A DNA stretch of 64,000 nt from Spirochaetia bacterium (GTDB lineage: Bacteria > Spirochaetota > Spirochaetia > SZUA-6 > Bin103), in NCBI GenBank assembly GCA_965199955.1, contig CBDATQ010000001.1:896001-960000 (forward strand), in the 5' to 3' direction. The notes below the pieces were generated by a model, which saw only the letters and a program-made list of their open reading frames with translations, did no database searches and was not told where the DNA came from. Shown in pieces: positions 24,954 through 34,042 of the stretch. Numbering within the stretch: the stretch's first letter is position 1; each line of letters begins with the position of its first letter. A program made the position numbers and the translations under genes.

Positions 24954-25695
24954 AACGAGCCGGAACCTCACTCGAAGAGTGAGCGAAGCGAACCTCACTC
25001 GAAGAGTGATCATCGCCCTGGACACGCCCGACCTGGCACGGGCCGAGCGCCTCATGGACGCGCTTGGCGACCGGCCCGGCTACTACAAGGTGGGCCTGGA
25101 GCTGTTCGCGGCGGAGGGTCCGGCGGCGGTGCGGGCGGTGCGCGACCGCGGTCACCGCGTATTCCTGGACCTCAAGCTGCACGACATTCCCGAGACCGTG
25201 GCGCGGGCCACGCGGGCGGTCGCACGGCTGGGCGTGGAGCTCGTGACCGTGCACGCCACGGGCGGCCCGGCCATGCTCCAGGCCGCCGCCGCCGCGGCGC
25301 AGGAGGGCGCGGACGGCGCGGGCTATGCGCCGACGCTTCTCGGCGTTACTATACTTACGAGCCTCGATCGCGTCGATCTGGACGCGGTCGGACTTGCACC
25401 CGGGCGTCCGGTGAACGACGTGGTGGTCGACCTTGGCCGTATGGCGGTCGACTCCGGCTGCGGCGGCCTGATCGCCGCCGGCAGCGATGCCCGGGCGCTG
25501 CGCGCTGCCGTTGGTCCGGACGCCAGGATCGTCACCCCCGGGGTGCGACCGGTCTGGGCGGCCGCGCACGACCAGAAACGAATCGTCACGCCGCCGGCGG
25601 CACTCGCCGCAGGAGCCGATTACGTGGTCGTCGGCCGGGCGGTGACCGCCGCCCCGGATCCGGCCGGCGCCTTCGAACGACTCATGGAGCAATAA
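24937..25695 (+). CDS. pyrF: orotidine-5'-phosphate decarboxylase
   Basis: IIALD, KVG, FLDLKLHDIPET, VTPGVR, DQKR, VVGR; SD GGAGGAGG. Confidence 0.96.
   Translation: MPPRDETSRNLTRRVSEANLTRRVIIALDTPDLARAERLMDALGDRPGYYKVGLELFAAEGPAAVRAVRDRGHRVFLDLKLHDIPETVARATRAVARLGVELVTVHATGGPAMLQAAAAAAQEGADGAGYAPTLLGVTILTSLDRVDLDAVGLAPGRPVNDVVVDLGRMAVDSGCGGLIAAGSDARALRAAVGPDARIVTPGVRPVWAAAHDQKRIVTPPAALAAGADYVVVGRAVTAAPDPAGAFERLMEQ
24963..25009. repeat. two 20-bp direct repeats (27-bp period), each containing a hairpin, in the pyrF 5' end
   Basis: GAACCTCACTCGAAGAGTGA at 24963 and 24990; TCACTC-GAA-GAGTGA stem. Confidence 0.9.
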
Positions 25696-25703
25696 GACAA
25701 CCG

Positions 25704-27311
25704 ATGAAGTTCACCGATCTCAACCTGGATCCCAGGATCCAGGACGGAATCCGCGACGCCGGGTTCGTCGAATGCACGAAAGTCCAGGAACGTACCTTCG
25801 AGTACTCGCTGGAAGGCATCGACGTGACCGTGCAGTCCCAGACCGGAACCGGCAAGACCGCCGCGTTCCTGATCTCGATCTTCGAGCTGTTCCTCAAGGA
25901 GGAATACTTCGACGACCGATTCGCGCTCATCATCGTCCCCACCCGCGAGCTTGCGGTGCAGATCGAGCAGGAGGCGCTCCTGCTCGCCAAGCACCTCGAC
26001 TTCAAGATGGCCTGCGTGTACGGAGGCGTCGGCTACGAGGAACAGGAACGAGCCCTGCGCGAGGGTGTGGATATCCTCATCGCCACCCCGGGCCGGCTGC
26101 TCGATTTCGACCGCTCCGGCAAGGTGCCGCTGCCGGACGTCGGCGCCCTGGTGATCGACGAGGCGGACCGCCTGTTCGACATGGGCTTCATGCCGGACGT
26201 GCGCAAGATCCTGCGGCGCGTGCCGCCCGCCAAGGAGCGCTGGACCATGCTGTCCAGCGCCACCCTCGACGGCCGGGTGCGCAACCTGGCGTGGCGGGAC
26301 ATGAGCAAGCCGGCGGAGATCGCGATCGAGCCGGAGCGGGTGACGGTGGACACCGTCACGCAGAGCCTCTACCACGTCACCAAGCAGCAGAAGCTCAGCC
26401 TGTTGCTCGGCCTGCTGGAGCGGGAGAACCCCGAGAGCGCGTTGATCTTCACCAACACCAAGCACGCCTGCGAGCAGGTGGCGCGGCGGCTGTCCATGAA
26501 CGGCCGCGAGGCCGAGTTCATCATGGGCGACCTGCCGCAGAAGAAGCGCCAGAAGCTGATCGATCAGCTCAAGGAGGGCAACCTGCCGATCCTGGTGGCA
26601 ACCGACGTGGCGGCGCGCGGGCTGCACATCGACGACCTGGATCTGGTGGTCAACTACGACCTGCCGGAGCACACTGAGAATTACGTCCACCGCATCGGCC
26701 GCACCGCGCGCGCCGGCAAGCGCGGCAAGGCGGTCTCCCTGGTATGCGAGGAGTTCGTCTACGGCCTGCAGGCGATCGAGGAGTTCACCCGCAAGGAGAT
26801 TCCCGTGGAGCGGGCGGCCGCGGAGCTGTTCGTCACCGACCGCTCGGCCGGTAGGCGGATTCCGTACGGCCCGCGCCACCGGCCTGGTGACCAGCGGCCC
26901 GGAGGCCAGCCAGCGCGCGATCGCCGTCCGCCCGCCCGCCCTTCGTCCGACGACGGCCGGCGCAGGCAGCAGCGGCCCGCCGACCGGCGTCCCGTGGGCG
27001 CGCAGGACCGCAGCGACCGGCCATCCCGACGGAGTCGGCCCGAGCACCGGGACCGCGGGGCACCCGCCCGGCCACGGCCCGTGCGTCCACCGGCCGCCGT
27101 CCCCGCCGCCGCACGGGCGGGAAACCGAGCCGGATCGGGCGGCGGTCGTCCGCGCGCGCCCGAAGCGACCAACGGAACGAAACCCCGGCCCGCGACCTCG
27201 CCCGCGAAGAAGGAGGCTCCGGCCGCTCCCGTTCGTCCTCCGGCGCCCACGAAGCGTTCGCTGCTCAAGAGACTCCTGGGCCGGCTGACCGGTAAAGCCG
27301 ACGACGCGTGA
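25704..27311 (+). CDS. DEAD-box RNA helicase (RhlB-like) with Arg/Pro-rich tail
   Basis: QTGTGKT, PTRELA, DEAD, SAT, HRIGRTAR. Confidence 0.95.
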   Translation: MKFTDLNLDPRIQDGIRDAGFVECTKVQERTFEYSLEGIDVTVQSQTGTGKTAAFLISIFELFLKEEYFDDRFALIIVPTRELAVQIEQEALLLAKHLDFKMACVYGGVGYEEQERALREGVDILIATPGRLLDFDRSGKVPLPDVGALVIDEADRLFDMGFMPDVRKILRRVPPAKERWTMLSSATLDGRVRNLAWRDMSKPAEIAIEPERVTVDTVTQSLYHVTKQQKLSLLLGLLERENPESALIFTNTKHACEQVARRLSMNGREAEFIMGDLPQKKRQKLIDQLKEGNLPILVATDVAARGLHIDDLDLVVNYDLPEHTENYVHRIGRTARAGKRGKAVSLVCEEFVYGLQAIEEFTRKEIPVERAAAELFVTDRSAGRRIPYGPRHRPGDQRPGGQPARDRRPPARPSSDDGRRRQQRPADRRPVGAQDRSDRPSRRSRPEHRDRGAPARPRPVRPPAAVPAAARAGNRAGSGGGRPRAPEATNGTKPRPATSPAKKEAPAAPVRPPAPTKRSLLKRLLGRLTGKADDA

Positions 27312-28180
27312 GCCCAGCCGGCGCGACGATCATCGCCGGCGCGGAGGTCGCGGTTGCGTTGCGCAAGGAGGTGAGCGCGGCCGCCGCCAGATCGACGGCG
27401 GCCGCCGGCCGTCAGCCGCGGCTGGACGTGCTGCTGATCGGCGACGATCCAGCCTCCGCGTGGTATGCTGGCGCGAAGCGCAAGCTCGGCCGGCGGCTCG
27501 GCATCGAGGTGCGGGTCATCGAGCTGGCGGCCGACACGCCAGCCGCGGACGCCGCCGACGCGGTCGGCCACGCGAGCCGCGATCCGCTCGTCGACGGGGT
27601 GATCATCGAGTTGCCGCTGCCGCAGGGGATCCCGCTCGCCGGACTCCGGGACCGTCTGGACCCGGTGAAGGACGTCGACGGCATCACCTCCGCCAACCGG
27701 GCGGCGCTCTTCGACGGGCACGAGGAGGGGGCGCTGGTGCCGGCCACGGCGCTGGCCTGCGTCCGCATGATCGAGCACTGCGGCCGCACCATCCGCGGCG
27801 CAGCGGTCGCCATCGTCGGCCGCGGGCCGACCGTGGGCCGTCCCGTAGCCGCCGCGCTGGTCAACCGTCACGCCACGGTCACGGTGTGTCACACCCGCAC
27901 GCGCGATCTGGGCGCGGTGCTCGGCGAGGCGGAGGTGGTGGTGGCCGCCGCCGGCGTGCCGCGTCTGGTCACCGGAGCGATGATCCGGCCCGGCGCGGCG
28001 GTGATCGACGCCGGCACCAACCAGGTGGGAGACGAACTGGTCGGCGACGTGGAGCCTGAATCGGTCGCTGCGGTCGCCGGCGCGCTGACCCCGGTGCCGG
28101 GCGGCGTGGGAACGGTCACCACGGCGATGATCATGGCCAACGTGATGCGCGCGGCCGACATGCGGGGGATCGCGGGATGA
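27308..28180 (+). CDS. folD: methylenetetrahydrofolate dehydrogenase(/cyclohydrolase)
   Basis: GDDPAS, KDVDG, PATA, TVTVCH, TPVPGGVG. Confidence 0.93.
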   Translation: MSPAGATIIAGAEVAVALRKEVSAAAARSTAAAGRQPRLDVLLIGDDPASAWYAGAKRKLGRRLGIEVRVIELAADTPAADAADAVGHASRDPLVDGVIIELPLPQGIPLAGLRDRLDPVKDVDGITSANRAALFDGHEEGALVPATALACVRMIEHCGRTIRGAAVAIVGRGPTVGRPVAAALVNRHATVTVCHTRTRDLGAVLGEAEVVVAAAGVPRLVTGAMIRPGAAVIDAGTNQVGDELVGDVEPESVAAVAGALTPVPGGVGTVTTAMIMANVMRAADMRGIAG

Positions 28181-28809
28181 GCATGCTGGCGTTGCCGGTG
28201 ACGGAGTTCCTGGCGCAGGCCGCGTCCCGTTCGTCGGCCCCGGGCGGCGGCGCGGTGGCCGCCGTGACCGGTGCCGGCGCCGCTGCTCTGGTGTCGATGG
28301 TCGGGGAGCTGACCATCGGCCGAAAGCGCTACCGGGACGTGCAAATGGAGGTCACGGCGCTCCGCGACCGGGCGGTCGCCGCCAGGCGCGCGCTGCAGGA
28401 GGCGGCCGTCGAGGACGCCGACGCCTACGGGGCGTACCTGCGGGCGTCGGCCGTGCCCAAGGAAGACGCCGCCGCGCGCGAGCGGTGCGAAGCGGAGGTC
28501 GCCGCCGCCGTGGTGCGCATGACGCGCGCGCCGCTGGCCACGGCCGAGCGCTGCGTCGAGGTGCTGGGGCTGGCCCGGCAGCTCGCGCCGATCGGCGCCC
28601 TGCACGCCATCAGCGACGTCGGCGTCGCGTTGCATCTGGCGCACGCGGCGCTGAGATCGGCACTGTTGACTGTCGACGTCAATCTTCCGTTTCTGCGTGA
28701 TGCGGAGGCGGCAGATTCGATCAAAAAGCGCAGAATGGATCTTGAATCGAAGGCAGAACGCGACGTTTTTGAAGGAAAGAGCGCTGTTTACGCGCGCCTG
28801 GGTGGATGA
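28177..28809 (+). CDS. fchA: cyclodeaminase/cyclohydrolase family protein (FchA-like)
   Basis: FLAQAASRSSAPGGGAVAA, ALVSMV, AISDVGVA, VDVNL. Confidence 0.85.
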   Translation: MSMLALPVTEFLAQAASRSSAPGGGAVAAVTGAGAAALVSMVGELTIGRKRYRDVQMEVTALRDRAVAARRALQEAAVEDADAYGAYLRASAVPKEDAAARERCEAEVAAAVVRMTRAPLATAERCVEVLGLARQLAPIGALHAISDVGVALHLAHAALRSALLTVDVNLPFLRDAEAADSIKKRRMDLESKAERDVFEGKSAVYARLGG

Positions 28810-28949
28810 ATATGGCAATGTTCTTCACATTATTGCCAATTACTGATCGAGATCGATACGAGGATACGGAATAGCCCTGTTTGCTGAGGCATTCCGGATG
28901 CAACTGTCCAGGAACCGCCCCAGGATTTGCAAAATATCGTGCATAGGAC

Positions 28950-28979
28950 TTGACAGCCTGCGATGATGACTCGTATGTT
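28950..28979 (+). promoter_or_regulatory. ilvBN promoter
   Basis: TTGACA-N18-TATGTT in an AT-rich intergenic region, SD AGGAG downstream. Confidence 0.65.
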
Positions 28980-29002
28980 TCTCTACTCACAGGAGTGAAG
29001 CG

Positions 29003-30730
29003 ATGGCAATGACGGACAACGGCATGGAAGGCGGACACGTCCTGATCAAGTGCCTGGAACAGGCCGGGATCAAGCACGTGTTCGGCCTGTCGGGCGGAGC
29101 GGCGCTGCCGATCTTCGACGCGCTGGTCGCGACCGGGACCGACATGGAGTTCATCCTGGTCCGCCACGAGCAGGGCGCCGCTCACATGGCCGACGGCTAC
29201 GCGCGCGCCACCGGCAAGCCGGCCTGCGTGCTGGTCACCAGCGGTCCCGGCGCCACCAACACCCTGACCGGGATCATGACCGCGCACATGGACTCGGTGC
29301 CGATGATCGTCGTCTCCGGGCAGCAGGTGACCTGGATGCTCGGCAAGGACGCCTTTCAGGAGGCGGACATCTTCGGCGTGACCATGCCGATCGTGAAGCA
29401 CAGCTACCTGGTCAAGGAGACGGCCGACATCCCCCGTACCGTGCGGGAGGCCGTGCACATCGCCACCAGCGGCCGTCCCGGCCCGGTGCTCATCGACGTT
29501 CCCAAGAACGTCAGCCAGGGGCCGTTCGTGGGCTCCATGGAGCCCGGCCTGGAGCTGCCCGGCTACCACGTGCCGGAGCTGACCGATCGGGAGTCCATCC
29601 ACGACATCGCGGAGGCGCTGGGCAACGCGCGCCGGCCGGTGCTGCTGATCGGGCACGGCGCCCTGATCGCAGGCGCGCACGAGGCGGTGCGCGCGCTGGC
29701 CGAGAAGCTGCACGCCCCGGTGACCACCACGCTGCTGGGCAAGGGCGCGTTCCCGGAGACCCATCCGCTGTCGCTGGGCATGCTGGGCATGCACGGCACT
29801 GCGTACGCGAACAAGGCGGTCATGGAGTGCGACCTGATCATGTCGGTCGGCTCCCGCTTCGACGACCGCATCGTCGGCGACCCGACCAAGTTCTGCCAGA
29901 ACGCCACCAAGATCCACATCGACATCGACGAGGGTGAGATCGGCAAGATGATCAAGCCCGACCTGCACTGCGTGGCCGATGCCCGCGTGGCGCTGGAGGA
30001 GCTGACCAGGCACGTCGGCCGGCTGGAGACCGAGGAGTGGCTGACCCGGCTGGACGGATACAAGAAGCGTTATCCGCTGAAGTACCGCAAGCAGGGTGGG
30101 TTGAAAATGCAGCACGTGATCGACGAGCTCTACCACCTGACGGGCGGGCGCGCGATCGTCTCCAGCGACGTCGGCCAGCACCAGATGTGGGCGGCGCAGT
30201 TCTACCTGACCGACCACCCCGACAACTGGCTCTCATCCGGCGGTGCCGGCAGCATGGGCTTCGGCTTCCCCGCGGCGATCGGCGCCCAGTTCGGCCGTCC
30301 GGACGACCTTGTGCTGGCGATCGTCGGCGACGGCGGCTTCCAGATGACCATGTGCGAGCTGGCCACCGCCTGCATCCACAAGCTGCCGCTCAAGGTGATC
30401 GTGCTCAACAACCACTACCTGGGCATGGTCCGGCAGTGGCAGGAGCTGTTCTACGACGAACGGGAGAGCGGGGTCGACCTGGAGGGCAACCCGGACTTCG
30501 CCAAGCTGGCGCAGTCGTTCGGGGCCATGGGGCTCAACCTGCGCCGCCCCGGCGACGTGCGCAAGGTCCTGACCCGGGCGCTGGAGTACGAAGACGGCCC
30601 GGTGCTCGTCAACGCGGAGGTCGAGAAGGCGGACAACGTCTACCCGATGGTCCCCTCCGGCCAGCCGCTGGAGACCATGATCATCGACCGGCCGACCACC
30701 AAGCTGGCCAAGCCGGTGGGGTCCACCTGA
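29003..30730 (+). CDS. ilvB: acetolactate synthase large subunit
   Basis: RHEQGA, TSGPGATN, DVGQHQMW, GDGGFQM...NN. Confidence 0.97.
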   Translation: MAMTDNGMEGGHVLIKCLEQAGIKHVFGLSGGAALPIFDALVATGTDMEFILVRHEQGAAHMADGYARATGKPACVLVTSGPGATNTLTGIMTAHMDSVPMIVVSGQQVTWMLGKDAFQEADIFGVTMPIVKHSYLVKETADIPRTVREAVHIATSGRPGPVLIDVPKNVSQGPFVGSMEPGLELPGYHVPELTDRESIHDIAEALGNARRPVLLIGHGALIAGAHEAVRALAEKLHAPVTTTLLGKGAFPETHPLSLGMLGMHGTAYANKAVMECDLIMSVGSRFDDRIVGDPTKFCQNATKIHIDIDEGEIGKMIKPDLHCVADARVALEELTRHVGRLETEEWLTRLDGYKKRYPLKYRKQGGLKMQHVIDELYHLTGGRAIVSSDVGQHQMWAAQFYLTDHPDNWLSSGGAGSMGFGFPAAIGAQFGRPDDLVLAIVGDGGFQMTMCELATACIHKLPLKVIVLNNHYLGMVRQWQELFYDERESGVDLEGNPDFAKLAQSFGAMGLNLRRPGDVRKVLTRALEYEDGPVLVNAEVEKADNVYPMVPSGQPLETMIIDRPTTKLAKPVGST

Positions 30731-31260
30731 TGGCGTCGGGAAACGGGCACGTGGGCAGCCTGATGGAGGAGCGCCCGGTCAACACGTTGAGCGCCCTGGT
30801 TGCCAACAAGCCGGGTGTCCTGGCCCGCATCGCGCAGGTGTTCGCGCGGCGCGCCTACAACATCGAGTCGCTGGTGGTCTCGCCGGCGCACAACGGCGCC
30901 TACTCGCGGATGACGATCGGCGCGTCGGGCGATCCGCAGGGTCTGGATCAGATCATCAAGGGGGTCAACAAGCTGGTGGACGTCATCCACTGCTTCGACC
31001 ACACTTTCGACCGCGCCGTGGTGCAGGAGCTGGCGCTGGTGAAGATCTCCTGCCGGTCGGACCAGCGCACCGAGGCGCTGCAGATCTGCGACCACTTCGA
31101 CTGCACCACCGAGGACCTCACCGAGCAGTCGATGATCCTCAAGTGCACGGGGTCGTCGGAAAAGGTCGACGCGCTGCTCGGCATGCTCGAGAAGTTCGGG
31201 ATCGTCGAGATGATCCGCACCGGCAAAGTTGTGATGGCACGGGGCGGGGAAGTAACCTGA
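30730..31260 (+). CDS. ilvN: acetolactate synthase small subunit
   Basis: LVANKPGVLARI..FARRAYNIESL, ELALVK, RTG. Confidence 0.95.
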   Translation: MASGNGHVGSLMEERPVNTLSALVANKPGVLARIAQVFARRAYNIESLVVSPAHNGAYSRMTIGASGDPQGLDQIIKGVNKLVDVIHCFDHTFDRAVVQELALVKISCRSDQRTEALQICDHFDCTTEDLTEQSMILKCTGSSEKVDALLGMLEKFGIVEMIRTGKVVMARGGEVT

Positions 31261-31264
31261 CGGG

Positions 31265-34012
31265 GTGAGCGGCGACCGGGCCGCCGGCGACGGAAGCCGG
31301 CGGCTGTTCCTGATCGACGGCATGCCGATCGTCTATCAGGCGTACTTCGTCTTCCTGTCCAACCCGCGCCTGACCTCGCGCGGCGTCAACACCTCGGCCG
31401 CCTTCGGCTACACCAACTCGCTGGTCAAGATCATCGAGGAGGAGCAGCCCACGCACATGGCGGTCGTGTTCGACGCCGCCGGCCGCAACCGCCGCCACGA
31501 CGAATACGGCGAGTACAAGGCGCAGCGGGAGAAGGCGCCGGAGGAGATGCTGGACTCGCTCGACGACGTCCACGCCATTACCGCGGCGCTGAGAATTCCG
31601 GAGATCACTTGGCCGGGCGCGGAGGCCGACGACGTCATCGGCACCATCGCCGCGCAGGCCGAGGCGGCAGGCTTCCACACGTGGCTGGTGACGCCGGACA
31701 AGGACTTGGCGCAGCTCGTGACCGATCGCACCACGCTCTACCGGGTCAGCCGCACGCCCGGCAGCCCTGCGTCGATCTTCGGGCCGGCTCAGGTGCGCGA
31801 GCGCTGGGGCGTCACCGACGTCTCGCAGGTGGTCGACGTGCTGGCGCTGGTGGGCGACTCGGTCGACAACATCCCCGGCGTTCCCGGCGTCGGCGACAAG
31901 ACGGCGCAGAAGCTGCTGGCACAGTTCGGGACGGTCGAGGAGCTGATCGGGCGCGCCGGTGACCTCAAGGGCAAGCAGCGCGAGCGGATCGAGCAGTTCG
32001 CGGCGCAGGCGCTGCTTTCCAAGCGCTTGGCGACCATCGACGTCGACCTCCCGGTGGAGGTCGACCTGGACAGCTTCGCCCGGCGCGATCCCGATCCGGA
32101 CGCCACCATCGCCATTTTCGACCGGCTGGAGTTTCGGCTCCTCAAGGAACGGCTGTTTGGCGACGCCGGGGACGACTCACCGGCAGCGCGCGGCATGGCC
32201 ACCATCGAAGACACGGAGCACGACTACCGGGTCGCCGCCACCGCGGCGGAGCGGCTGGCGCTGGCCGCCGAGTTGCTCGCCGGGGATGCGGTGTCGATCG
32301 ATCTGCAGAGCACGGCGGCGGATCCGAAGCGCGCCCGCATCGCCGGTGTCGCGTTTGCTGCCGCCCCGCACGCGGCCGCCTACGTGCCGTTCCCGGCGGA
32401 CGACCGGGCCGGCTACGGGCAGGCGCTCGACGACCTGCGGCCGGTGTTCGAGTCGGAGGCGGTGATCAAGGTCGGCCACTATCTCAAGCACGCCATGAGC
32501 GTGCTGGCCTGGCACGGCGTCCGGCTGGCCGGCACCGTGCGCGACACGCACGTCACGCACAGCCTCATCGACCAGGAGGGGCGCCATCGCCTGGAGCAGC
32601 TCGCCGAGCGCTACCTGGACTACTCGCCGATCCCGCTGTCGTCGCTGCTGGGGGAGGACGGCAAGGACCAGTTGCCGCTGCTGGAGGCCGACCCGGAGCG
32701 CCTGACCGACTACGCCGCCGAGCGGGCGGACGTGGCCCTGCGCCTGCACGCCGCGCTCGCCGCCGAGCTGGCCGATGCCGAGTACGAGGGCGTCTGCCAT
32801 GACATCGAGAGCCCGCTGATCAGGGTGCTGGTGGAGATGGAGCATGCCGGGGTCACCGTCGACGTCGACGTGCTGCACGAATACGCGGACCAGCTCGGCA
32901 CCGAGATCGCCGCGCTGGAGCAGGGGATCTACCAGGCGGCGGAAGGCGAGTTCAACCTCAACTCGCCCAAGCAGCTCGGCGAGATCCTGTTCGACCGGCT
33001 GCAGATCGACCCCAATCCCAAGAAGACCCGCACCGGCCAGTACATGACCAACGAGCAGCAGCTCTCCCGCTACGCCGACCGCCACCCGATGATCCCGATG
33101 CTGCTCGACTACCGCGTCGTGCAGAAGCTCAAGTCCACCTACGTGGATACGCTGCCGGCGGCGGTGTTCGAGCGCACCGGCCGCATCCACACCATCTTCA
33201 ACCAGTTGGTGGCCGCCACCGGGCGGTTGAACTCGGAAGGCCCGAACCTTCAGAACATTCCGATCCGTACGGAAAAGGGGCGGGAGATCCGGCGGGCGTT
33301 CGTGCCCCGCGGCCCCGACTTCCTGTTGCTGTCGGCCGACTACTCGCAGATCGAGTTGCGCATCCTGGCCTCGATCGCGGGCGAGGAGTCGATGCTGGAG
33401 GACCTGAGCAGCGACGTGGACATCCACGCGGCCACCGCGTCGCGCGTGTACGGCGTGACGCTGGACCAGGTCACCCTGGAGATGCGCAGCAAGTCCAAGA
33501 TGGTCAACTACGGCATCGCCTACGGTATGTCCTCATTCGGACTGGCGCAGCGGCTGCGCATCGCGCGCAAGGAAGCGGCCGAGATCATCGAACGCTACTT
33601 CACCCAGTACCCGAAGATCCGCGGCTACATGGACGAGGCGATCGCGTTCGCGCACGCCGCCGAGTACGTGCAGACCCTGAAGGGTCGGCGCCGCTTCCTG
33701 CGCGACATCAACTCCCGCAACCGCACCGCGCGCGCGGCCGCGGAGCGCATCGCCATCAACGCCCCGATTCAGGGCACCGCGGCCGACATGATCAAGATCG
33801 CCATGATCGACATCGCCCGCGAACTGAAGCGGCGCCGCCTGCGCACGCAGATGATCCTGCAGGTGCACGACGAGCTGGTGTTCGACCTGCACCGGGACGA
33901 GCGCGAGGAGGTAGTGCCGCTCGTGCACGACCTGATGCGCGACGCGCTCCCCCTGGCCGCACCCATCGAGGTCGAGATCGGCGTTGGCTCCGACTGGCTC
34001 AGCGCGCATTGA
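31265..34012 (+). CDS. polA: DNA polymerase I
   Basis: LFLIDG, EADD, GDSVDNIPGVPGVG, PNLQNIP, ADYSQIELR, QVHDEL. Confidence 0.98.
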   Translation: MSGDRAAGDGSRRLFLIDGMPIVYQAYFVFLSNPRLTSRGVNTSAAFGYTNSLVKIIEEEQPTHMAVVFDAAGRNRRHDEYGEYKAQREKAPEEMLDSLDDVHAITAALRIPEITWPGAEADDVIGTIAAQAEAAGFHTWLVTPDKDLAQLVTDRTTLYRVSRTPGSPASIFGPAQVRERWGVTDVSQVVDVLALVGDSVDNIPGVPGVGDKTAQKLLAQFGTVEELIGRAGDLKGKQRERIEQFAAQALLSKRLATIDVDLPVEVDLDSFARRDPDPDATIAIFDRLEFRLLKERLFGDAGDDSPAARGMATIEDTEHDYRVAATAAERLALAAELLAGDAVSIDLQSTAADPKRARIAGVAFAAAPHAAAYVPFPADDRAGYGQALDDLRPVFESEAVIKVGHYLKHAMSVLAWHGVRLAGTVRDTHVTHSLIDQEGRHRLEQLAERYLDYSPIPLSSLLGEDGKDQLPLLEADPERLTDYAAERADVALRLHAALAAELADAEYEGVCHDIESPLIRVLVEMEHAGVTVDVDVLHEYADQLGTEIAALEQGIYQAAEGEFNLNSPKQLGEILFDRLQIDPNPKKTRTGQYMTNEQQLSRYADRHPMIPMLLDYRVVQKLKSTYVDTLPAAVFERTGRIHTIFNQLVAATGRLNSEGPNLQNIPIRTEKGREIRRAFVPRGPDFLLLSADYSQIELRILASIAGEESMLEDLSSDVDIHAATASRVYGVTLDQVTLEMRSKSKMVNYGIAYGMSSFGLAQRLRIARKEAAEIIERYFTQYPKIRGYMDEAIAFAHAAEYVQTLKGRRRFLRDINSRNRTARAAAERIAINAPIQGTAADMIKIAMIDIARELKRRRLRTQMILQVHDELVFDLHRDEREEVVPLVHDLMRDALPLAAPIEVEIGVGSDWLSAH

Positions 34013-34018
34013 GCTCCC

Positions 34019-34038
34019 GCTCAGTCGGCGCACTGAGC
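34019..34038. terminator. hairpin between convergent polA and Sel1 genes
   Basis: GCTCAGT-cggcgc-ACTGAGC; no clear U-tract. Confidence 0.4.
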
Positions 34039-34042
34039 TGGT

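Noticed and set aside
24963..25009. Possible CRISPR mini-array
   Set aside because: Only two 20-bp repeats with a 7-bp spacer, inside a CDS; no cas genes in the window.
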